Source: Dehalococcoidia bacterium (GTDB lineage: Bacteria > Chloroflexota > Dehalococcoidia > Lucifugimonadales > UBA3495). From it: 64,000 nucleotides of DNA. Positions 36,671-44,399 of this stretch are shown in pieces. A program made the position numbers and the translations under genes. A model generated the notes under the pieces. That model did not search any database and was not told the DNA's origin. It saw nothing but the letters and a program-made list of their open reading frames with translations. The stretch lies in NCBI GenBank assembly GCA_965215975.1, contig OZ244136.1, positions 1,358,418-1,422,417 on the forward strand. Reading direction: 5' to 3'. Numbering within the stretch: position 1 is the stretch's first letter; each line of letters opens with the position of its first letter.

Positions 36671-37810
36671 ATGCCGTATAAGACTGGAATACGTCTGCTG
36701 GGCGTAGCGCGAAATCCGGCCAATGGCTTTCCGGCCAGACTTCTAGCAAGCATTCTGACGGCCTGCGGCCCATCGGCTGAATATCACGAAGGACAAACCC
36801 TCGCCCAACAAGCCCAGCAGGAGGATGCCACACCAGAGCCATGCGACCGAACTGAAGGGACATACTCCAGACTTGACGAGACCCTGGTTGACCTCGTGGG
36901 TCAGTATGAACGATGCGAGAAGACAGAGGAAGAAGCAGCGGCCATGGCGCCAGAGCATCACGGCAACATGGTGCTGGCGCAGACGGACGTGACTGGCGAC
37001 GTCAACGTCGTCGACGGCTGGCTGGAGGCCCAGGGCGCCGGACCAAAGGTCACCATCGACTATACCCCACCCAACATCACGAGTTTCGTCCGCGTCACTT
37101 TGCTAGGGGAGCTCGCTGCACAAACAGGTGTCAGCCAAGTAACCGCCGTACCCACATCCCACCTTGCGGAAGCTGAGCCTGCTCCGCCCGGGCTGGTCCC
37201 AGCAAGGGCAAGGAGCGAAGATGACGAACCGGAAGTACCTTGGTGGATCAACGGTTACCGATATCCTGGTTCCTATCTGAAGCTTAAAGACGGACTGCCG
37301 GACATAGCGGGAGCTTATGCGAAAGGTACACTTGACCTGGACCAGCTAAGCGAGAATCGAGGCGTAGGTTGCTTCATCAAAGGAGACAAGGTGTGGTTAG
37401 AACTGCACATCTCCGATGAAGAAGAAGTCAAAACCAGGGTAATGGACTGGCTAAACGAGATAAACGCTGACTTCGAGCGCAACTTCTTTTTGCGGACATT
37501 TCCGGGTGAAATTGTAATACCCGCGACCGTACCCATATCCCGACTGGAAGACGTAGAAACGCACCCAGACGTTACACAAGCCAGCCAAGGGCTGTGTGGG
37601 GGAATGTCACCCACCACGGAACCCACCGGCAACTGGCAGCGGAACTTGCCGAACCTGCTACCAGCCAGCAGATTCGGCACAGTTGTGACTCAAGGAGTAA
37701 GGATTCACAACGCCGACGAATGGCACACCAATACTCCGACACAGTATCGGGCCAATGGCGTGAAAATCGGCATCATCGACAACGGTTTCAAGGGGCTTGC
37801 CGACAAATAG
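36671..37810 (+). CDS. Putative lipoprotein with repeated ~60-aa modules, ending in a truncated subtilase-like N-terminal motif
   Basis: Signal and lipobox MPYKTGIRLLGVARNPANGFPARLLASILTAC. Two similar modules (NMVLAQTDVTGDVNVVDGWLEAQ...; KVWLELHISDEEEVKTRVMDWLNEIN...). Terminates at a TAG right after NGVKIGIIDNGFKGLADK, which looks like a peptidase S8 Asp-box. Confidence 0.45.
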   Translation: MPYKTGIRLLGVARNPANGFPARLLASILTACGPSAEYHEGQTLAQQAQQEDATPEPCDRTEGTYSRLDETLVDLVGQYERCEKTEEEAAAMAPEHHGNMVLAQTDVTGDVNVVDGWLEAQGAGPKVTIDYTPPNITSFVRVTLLGELAAQTGVSQVTAVPTSHLAEAEPAPPGLVPARARSEDDEPEVPWWINGYRYPGSYLKLKDGLPDIAGAYAKGTLDLDQLSENRGVGCFIKGDKVWLELHISDEEEVKTRVMDWLNEINADFERNFFLRTFPGEIVIPATVPISRLEDVETHPDVTQASQGLCGGMSPTTEPTGNWQRNLPNLLPASRFGTVVTQGVRIHNADEWHTNTPTQYRANGVKIGIIDNGFKGLADK

Positions 37811-38354
37811 AGAGCAGGAGAACTGCCCGATAACACGTCCAGCGAGACCTATGTCCGTGCAAAGTGTTACAACAACGAGCCCCAGGAACTGCCAACCGTG
37901 GTCGCTCAGCAAGAAGAAGAGGAGCCCACCCCGGAACCCGAGGCTACCCCCCGTGCCCGACCGTCAAAAATACCGGAATATGAGGTTTGGCCTGCGGGAG
38001 ATAGTAATTGCAGCGGAGAAAGCAGCAACTGAGAGGGAATCGTCGGATGGAACCAAGTCGACAGAATCCGACGAAGAAGCAATCTTGGTGACAGTGAGAC
38101 TTGACCCCTCGGTAGAGAACGCGGGGAAGACAGTCTCAGACTGGTTTAATGCAAGGAGTATTCACCACCTGACGCATGAAGCCTTGGTCTATGGGGCCGT
38201 CCAGCCCTCTTTGCTGGGGCCACTGTCCCTTATGGACGCCGTGCAATCTATTGATATACCGCTCCCGTTGGTGGAGCCCGGGCCGCCGCCGGGCACCGGT
38301 CCAGACTATGGCCCGTACTTTGACGACGGGTCCCAAACCGAGTCTCAACCATAA
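37797..38354 (+). pseudogene. Gene fragment carrying a third copy of the module, ending 1 nt before the IS1182-like element
   Basis: AILVTVRLDPSVENAGKTVSDWFNARSI...AVQPSLLGPLSLMDAVQSIDIP resembles the modules of the preceding ORF but is in a different frame. The N-terminal part is low-complexity. The TAA at 38352-38354 abuts the IS terminal repeat at 38356. Confidence 0.3.
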
Positions 38355-38355
38355 C

Positions 38356-39892
38356 CTAGCAGGCTGTCCGGGGATTATCTTGAGGCGGCCATCGGGGGAC
38401 GGCGCAGGTTGGTGAATGGCGGCAGGTTCAAGGATGACTTGACGCTGGCCAACAGGGAAGTAGTCCCGCTGGCTGGCGCGGGACCCGGTTCCCCCCCTTT
38501 GGCGGGGAAACCGGCGCCGAACCGGAACAACTTCAGCAGGTTGTGGCCGGTGCAGATGAGCGACCACTCTCCGTTGACCTTCTCCAGTCCCCGCAACAGG
38601 AACTGCCGGAAGCCCCGGCACTGCTTGATCTGGCCGAAGACCGGTTCCACCGTCTCCATCCTGAGGGCGTAGCGCTGTCGGCCCCGTTTGGTCTGCAGCT
38701 TGCGGCGCATCCGGTCTCGGGGAGAGAGATCCCTGGGTATGCGGCCACGGGGCGACGGTGGGGGCACCCAGCCGTGGCGGGTCTTTTCCGGCGCCACAAA
38801 GGGGTCCACTCCCAGGATGCAGAGTTCCTCCACCGCTTTCGCCGAGTAATACCCAGCGTCGGCGGACACTTCTTTCGGCACCGCGCCCACGTTGCTGATG
38901 GTCTCCTCAATCATTGTCGCGGCCTGACCCTTGTCCGAGGGCTGGTTGGTAGCCCGGGCCGCCACAATCACCTGATGCTCATGGTCCACCACCGCCTGGC
39001 AGTTGCAGGACTGCTGGAAGTCCCGTCCCCCGGGCCCAGGCATGATCCTGGAGTCAGGGTCGGTGAAGTTCCGCTGTGCCTTGTCGGCGGGTGTGCCTGG
39101 GTGCTGCTTACCCTCCGCTTCGGCCTGCTCCGCCTCCGCAAGAGCCTTGGCCTCCAGCGCCGCCCTGGCCTCCCGTATCTTCCGCAACCGGCCCTCCCGG
39201 AAGGACAACTCCTCCGGCAGTTCGTCGCCCCGTTTGTCCCGTCCGTACCGCCGGTCCTCCCCCTAGTCTACCTCCTGGGCCCTCCGCAGCAACTCATCAA
39301 CCTCCCCCTGCAACTGGGCCTCCTTCTCCTTCATCCGCCCGTAGCTCATCGCCTGGTGCTTCGATGCGTTGGCCCGGACCTTGGTACCGTCCGGCGCCAC
39401 GTGCCCCAGCTTCACCAGGCCGGCCTGCTGGCACAGGGCCAGCACCTGCAGGAACAGCCCCGACAGGGCTGCCAGGTGGTCCTTGCGGAAGTCCGAGATG
39501 GTGCGGAAGTCCGGGGTGTTGTTGGCCGCCAGCACCCGGAAGGCGATGTCCTCGTGGAGCCGCTGGGCCATGCGCCGGGACGATGCCACCCCGGTGCAGT
39601 AGCTATACAGCAGCACCTTCACCATCATCCGGGGATGGTAGGCCGGCCCGCCCCGGCTCTCCTGTTCATAGCGCTCCGTGATCTCCGCCAGATCCAACTG
39701 GTCCACCACGTCGGAAATGAAGTAGGCCAGGTGCTCCTCCGGCAGCCACTCCTGCAGGGCCGCTGGCAGCAGCAACTGCTGCTCTGGGTCATAGGGAAGG
39801 TAGGTTTTGCTCATTGCGGGGCCTCCGCGTGGGGGAGCCCCTCATCATACACCCGCTCTTTCGCTAAACCTGTTTCTCTGACAGACTGCTAG
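38356..39892 (-). mobile_element. IS1182-family (IS5-like) insertion sequence
   Basis: Terminal inverted repeats CTAGCAGGCTGTCCGGGG (38356-) and CTAGCAGTCTGTCAGAG (reverse complement of 39876-39892). About 1.54 kb with a single transposase frame. Confidence 0.7.
38375..39814 (-). pseudogene. IS1182-family transposase interrupted by an in-frame TAG (39263-39265)
   Basis: The N-terminal ORF (MSKTYLPYDPEQQLLLP...YHPRMMVKVLLYSYCTGVASSRRMAQRLHEDIAFRVLA) and the C-terminal ORF (...DPDSRIMPGPGGRDFQQSCNCQAVVD...ADAGYYS...CTGHNLLKL) are in the same frame: 39814-39208 = 606 = 3x202. One TAG separates them. Confidence 0.8.
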
Positions 39893-40359
39893 CCCTCCAC
39901 CTCGACGATCATTTCTATCTCTATGGGCATGCTGCCCGGAAGGGTGCTCATGCCCACGGCCGAGCGGGCGTGGTGCCCGCGTTCTCCGTAAAGACTGACC
40001 AGCAGGTCCGAGGCTCCGTTGGCCACCAGGGGCGTGTCCGTGAAGTCCGGGGCGGCGTTGACCATGCACAGCAACTTCACCACCCGCTTCACCTTGTCCA
40101 GGTCCCCGATCTCGCCCTTGAGATTGGACAGCAGGTTGAGCATCGTCAGCCGAGCGCAGTCGTACCCCTGCTCAATGGTAACCTCCGCCCCCAGCTTTCC
40201 CACGTGAAGGAAGCCGCCTCCTGGTAGTCCCGGGCCGGTTCCTGCGGTGTAAACCAGGTTGCCGGTACGTACCGCCGGAACAAAGTTGCCCACGGCGGAC
40301 CGGCGGGGTTCGGTTAGCTGGTAGCCCATTTCGTTCAGCTTTTTCTCGATTTCCGACAT
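39889..40359 (-). CDS. RidA/YjgF-family protein
   Basis: 156-aa protein with a RidA-like pattern (NLVYTAGTGP...ARSAVGMSTLPGSMPIEIEMIVEV). Confidence 0.8.
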   Translation of the reverse strand: MSEIEKKLNEMGYQLTEPRRSAVGNFVPAVRTGNLVYTAGTGPGLPGGGFLHVGKLGAEVTIEQGYDCARLTMLNLLSNLKGEIGDLDKVKRVVKLLCMVNAAPDFTDTPLVANGASDLLVSLYGERGHHARSAVGMSTLPGSMPIEIEMIVEVEG

Positions 40360-40430
40360 CTTTGTCTCCAGTCCTTAGGGATTGGCAGGATTGACTCGCC
40401 GGAGATGTGGCCTGGTAATCGGCCTGATTA

Positions 40431-41450
40431 TCAGGGAAGCTGGACAATGGAAATCCAGGCTGGCCGGTTGCCCAGGGGAGTGATCGCCACTCGGTTGAGT
40501 CGCCCAGTACCAGCGTCGATGCCGAAGGTTGCCATGTTCCCCGATTCAACTCCGGCGGAGTACAGGAACTTCTCTCCCGGGCCTACGGCCAGCGCGTTGG
40601 GAATGGGTTCGGCCTCGACAATGCCGTTGGCGCCAAGTTCTCCCGTGGCAGAGTCAACGGTGAAGCAGGCGATGCTGTTGTGGCCGCGGTTAGGGGCGTA
40701 AAGGAAACGTCCCGAGCCCGTCACCTGAATCTGGGAGCAGGAATTCCGCTCGGTAAAGTCTTCAGGAATGGTTGGAGCGGTCTGAAACTGGGACAGGGTC
40801 CCGTTGGCGGCGTCCAAACGATAGGCCCCAACGCTGCACCCCTGCTCGTTGGAGAAGTACAGGACATCCAGCGAGGGATGGAAGCAGAAATGCCGGGGCC
40901 CGTGGAATCCATCCGGCTCTACCTGGGCCGGGGAGTTGGGTTCTATCTGGCCGGTGTTTTCGTCGAACCGGAACTGGTAGATTTGGTTGGGGCCGTTTCC
41001 CGCGATATGGGGGACGAAGGCATACCTGTTGGTGGGGTCGGTCTGCATCGAATGGGCGCCGGTAGCAGTCTCCAGCCACACCACCGGGTCACCGCCCACA
41101 GAACCGTCGGCGCCGATGGGGTGGACGCCGACGTGGGCGCCCTGGTAATAGGACGACAGGACGTAACCGCCCTTTCGGTCGGTGGCGATAAAAGTAGGAT
41201 TGAACTGCAGGGCTACCATGCCGGTGCTGGATAGTTCTCCGTTGGACTGGTCAATGTCGTAGCTGATGAGCTGGGGGACTTCACGGCAGCCTACGTAGAG
41301 ATGGGCGCCGTCCGGACTCAAGGCCATGGTGAAGGGTCCGCCGGAAACGGTGAGGTCACGCTGGTGGGTCAGCGCTCCCGTGTCAGAGTCGATGGTGAAG
41401 GTGGAAATTTTGTCGTCTTCCTGAACGGCCACGTACATATAGTGGGGCAT
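40431..41450 (-). CDS. Lactonase-family 7-bladed beta-propeller protein (6-phosphogluconolactonase-like)
   Basis: MPHYMYVAVQEDDKISTFTIDSDTGALTH...PFTMALSPDGAHLYVG and repeated blade patterns typical of the Lactonase family. Confidence 0.8.
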   Translation of the reverse strand: MPHYMYVAVQEDDKISTFTIDSDTGALTHQRDLTVSGGPFTMALSPDGAHLYVGCREVPQLISYDIDQSNGELSSTGMVALQFNPTFIATDRKGGYVLSSYYQGAHVGVHPIGADGSVGGDPVVWLETATGAHSMQTDPTNRYAFVPHIAGNGPNQIYQFRFDENTGQIEPNSPAQVEPDGFHGPRHFCFHPSLDVLYFSNEQGCSVGAYRLDAANGTLSQFQTAPTIPEDFTERNSCSQIQVTGSGRFLYAPNRGHNSIACFTVDSATGELGANGIVEAEPIPNALAVGPGEKFLYSAGVESGNMATFGIDAGTGRLNRVAITPLGNRPAWISIVQLP

Positions 41451-41512
41451 CGTATCCTCTCCTTACCTGCAGTTGAATTGGGTGAATCCTGGTCTGGAGC
41501 TTCCAGTAGTGG

Positions 41513-42328
41513 TCAGGCAGTCGGCCACTGCGCCAGGAACTCGCGAATCCGGGCCACACACCAATCCGGATAGATGGCGTTGATTCCGTGGCCCAGGCCG
41601 GGATAAACCACCAGGCGGGAATTGGGCAGCTCATCGGCCATGAACTGCTGCTGGTCCAGAGTGGAAGTGGGCGACTCTTCGCCGGTCAGCAGCAGTGTGG
41701 GGGTTGACACTTCCTTGAGGTACGGGCGGAAGTCCAGCGTGTCCAGGTAAGCCTGGAGTTTGCGGCCAATGGACGGCGAAGTGCGGTCCATTTCGGCAAT
41801 ATACCACTCCTTCATACCCTCGGGCGCCGCCCGGGTGTCCAGTCGGTTGTCGATGGTGGCGGTGGACCAGGTCCCGACGCTCTGCCTCATGGCGGTTTGC
41901 CAGTCGCCCTCCGGGTCCGAGCGGCCCCGGCGGGGCAGGCGGCAAGGGGTGTTGCACAGGACCAGGGCCCGCACCCGATCCGGAAAGGCGTGGGCGAAGC
42001 TCAGCCCAAGAATGCCTCCGAAGGACTCCCCAACATAGACCACCTGGTCTATGTCCAGGCGGTCCAGGATGGCATTCAGGTCTGCCATGAAGGTATCCAG
42101 GGAAGGCTCGTAGGCTTCCTCTGCCATTGACGACTCGCCCATCCCCCGCAGGTCGGGGCGCAGAACACGAAACTCGCTGGACAGCAGGGGCACCCAGTTG
42201 TACCAGAATTTGCCACTCCGAGAGAAGCCGTGCTGCAACAGGATGGACGGCGCCTGCCGCCAAGGGTCGGTGAAATCGTCGTCGTAGAAGTGAAGCTCCA
42301 CCCCGGGAGACACATTCAAAGTCGCCAT
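41513..42328 (-). CDS. Alpha/beta-fold hydrolase
   Basis: HGFSRSG oxyanion region, nucleophile elbow VGESFGG, C-terminal GHGINA histidine region. Confidence 0.85.
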   Translation of the reverse strand: MATLNVSPGVELHFYDDDFTDPWRQAPSILLQHGFSRSGKFWYNWVPLLSSEFRVLRPDLRGMGESSMAEEAYEPSLDTFMADLNAILDRLDIDQVVYVGESFGGILGLSFAHAFPDRVRALVLCNTPCRLPRRGRSDPEGDWQTAMRQSVGTWSTATIDNRLDTRAAPEGMKEWYIAEMDRTSPSIGRKLQAYLDTLDFRPYLKEVSTPTLLLTGEESPTSTLDQQQFMADELPNSRLVVYPGLGHGINAIYPDWCVARIREFLAQWPTA

Positions 42329-42584
42329 GCCGCCTCCTGCTGGTTACGAGATATTCCTGTGCTGGCCGAATGAAAGTCCTGCAGGGTGTCTTCCAGCCGC
42401 CATGCCTGTGGCCGGACGGGCCTCCTCGGGGGGAATGTGCGTACCCTGCCGCCGTCGTGGACGGCAACCACAGGATAGCAGATGGGCAGTCAAACAAGTT
42501 CAGCGGGGCAAGGCTGCCGGGACCCTTACTGCTACCCGGATAGTTTATCGCGGGCGCCCCGCATGTACTCTACGGGTTGCCTTC

Positions 42585-43622
42585 TCAGTAGATGCCAGGA
42601 AGAATGCGGTACTTCACCCGTGCCTGGTACTCCTCCCACTTTTCGGCGCTGTATTTCTCGGCACAGTTCGCTTCGTCCAGCCGTTGGCGCCAGGTGAACA
42701 GCGAGACGATAAAGACAAAGTAGGTCCAGGCCCAGGGATTGGCGAAATAGCCGAATACAAGGCCGATGGAAAAGGAAAGGAACCCCTCGCCCAGGTAGTT
42801 AAAGTGGCGGGCGAACCCCCACAGGCCGCTGTACAGGATCTTGCGGTCGCCGGTCTCAATATACCTGGGCTCGATGATCCCCAGAAACTTGCGGTCGGGC
42901 CAGTGCTTGAAGGTGTACTTCTGCATGTTGGCGCCCCGGGAGATACCCCACCCTAGCAGGAACAGCGCAGCCGTTCCGATGAGCCAAACATAGGTCAAGG
43001 CCGGCGAAAAGCCGGGGTTGGGATAAGCCGCCATACCCCACAACGGCAGAATGTAAAGCCACCCGTAGACCACGAGGCCACCCCAAATCAACTTCATGCC
43101 GAGATGTTCGTGGATAAGGTCGTAGGTATATAGCTGGACGCGCTTAAAGATGAAGTAGTCCAGGACGTAGAAGGTAAGGAACCCGGCATAGAGGAAAACG
43201 CCCGGGTTGAAGTCAGCTCCAAAGCGTTCGTAGTGGTACGCGGCCCCGGACAGGGCGTTGAGCGACAGCATCGTCCCACCGACGACATACAAGTACATCT
43301 TCAAGTCGAAGCGCTCGTTGAAGAAGGGCAGTTCCAGGGCGCGCCTTTCCCAAAAGGCGATGAAGGGGTTCTTAATCTCGCCTTGCGGACGGCTGAACAC
43401 GGCCCAGAGTGAAAAGATGACGCAGAATACCGTTCCACCGGCGACCGCATAGATCGTGGACCGGTAGAACCAATCCCGCGGCAATCCGCCAACTTCGAAA
43501 GCCCACACTACCAGCGCGATGGCGAACACCAGGATGCCGTTCAGCTTGTAGTTGCGGGGTCCGCCAGTCTCGGGGTTGATGACATAACCGGTAACCCGCC
43601 TTCCCGGGAGGATGAACTGCAC
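42585..43622 (-). CDS. ERG4/ERG24-family sterol-reductase-like membrane protein
   Basis: Polytopic membrane protein whose C-terminus SGLWGFARHFNYLGEGFLSFSIGL...TWRQRLDEANCAEKYSAEKWEEYQARVKYRILPGIY matches the sterol C14/C24 reductase signature (RH.NY.GD...R...D...C..KYG..W..Y...V.YR..PGIY). Confidence 0.75.
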   Translation of the reverse strand: MQFILPGRRVTGYVINPETGGPRNYKLNGILVFAIALVVWAFEVGGLPRDWFYRSTIYAVAGGTVFCVIFSLWAVFSRPQGEIKNPFIAFWERRALELPFFNERFDLKMYLYVVGGTMLSLNALSGAAYHYERFGADFNPGVFLYAGFLTFYVLDYFIFKRVQLYTYDLIHEHLGMKLIWGGLVVYGWLYILPLWGMAAYPNPGFSPALTYVWLIGTAALFLLGWGISRGANMQKYTFKHWPDRKFLGIIEPRYIETGDRKILYSGLWGFARHFNYLGEGFLSFSIGLVFGYFANPWAWTYFVFIVSLFTWRQRLDEANCAEKYSAEKWEEYQARVKYRILPGIY

Positions 43623-44188
43623 CAGGAAAACGCGGCGAAGATTGCCAGGGGAGTGAGAAACCCAGCAATAGCTTCCGTCCCGGAAAGCTCGAAAAGGTGG
43701 CCAATACCCCTTCTTCCGGATTCACCGTCTTTATAATATGGAGACATTCAATAAATACTATGCAACAAGAGGTACGACAGAGTCAGCGCGCTCCCCATGG
43801 GCCGAAGCCGGTCTTCATTAAAGGGCCCGCAGCCCAGCCGTTCGAGGTCCCCTTACCCACGCGTTGCTCAGGCCAGGACCGACTGTCAAACGCTGGGCGT
43901 TACTTGCTTACCTACTCATACGCCCCTGCCTGTACACCTTTATTCCATTCGCATTGGCCCATCTAAGCGTGGCTCGATAGGAGAGATGCGCGGAACGAAT
44001 GGCAGGCCGTAAACGAACAGTTGGCGGTTCCAGATTGTCTGGATTATCGGTAGTCAAGATGGTGGGCCGTGGGGAACAAAAACAGCGCGCTCCGCTGTTT
44101 CCTTCCTCCGAATCGCATCACCCCCAGGTTATATGACCTGCAACGCAACTATACGTCCATGGCGATTAGTCCTGGTCAATTCACTAAA

Positions 44189-44217
44189 TTGACACTACCT
44201 TTGGGCGTATGTATAAT
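44189..44217 (+). promoter_or_regulatory. Consensus sigma70-type promoter upstream of the ABC importer operon
   Basis: TTGACA (44189-44194), exactly 17 nt, TATAAT (44212-44217). Implies a ~175-nt leader before the ATG at 44400. Confidence 0.6.
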
Positions 44218-44399
44218 CCGGCCAATTTCCTCGACAGCTATGCCCTCCCTTACAGATTATTATGGGTGGGGGCCGCTAGGCCTCGGATTAGTTTCTTACG
44301 CAAAAAACCATATTTGTCTAATACCAGCACTATTTATCCATAACATCTAGTGAATCCGACCTAGCAGTTGCATCAAACTCAAATGGAAAGGTGAGAAAC

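Noticed and set aside
24408-39265. Stop-codon recoding as an explanation for three in-frame stops (TGA in brnT at 24408, TAG in the lipoprotein at 37808-37810, TAG in the IS1182 transposase at 39263)
   Set aside because: TAG, TGA and TAA all terminate well-defined housekeeping genes at the expected positions in this same window. The affected genes are all mobile, accessory or decaying loci, so ordinary nonsense mutations are the simpler explanation.
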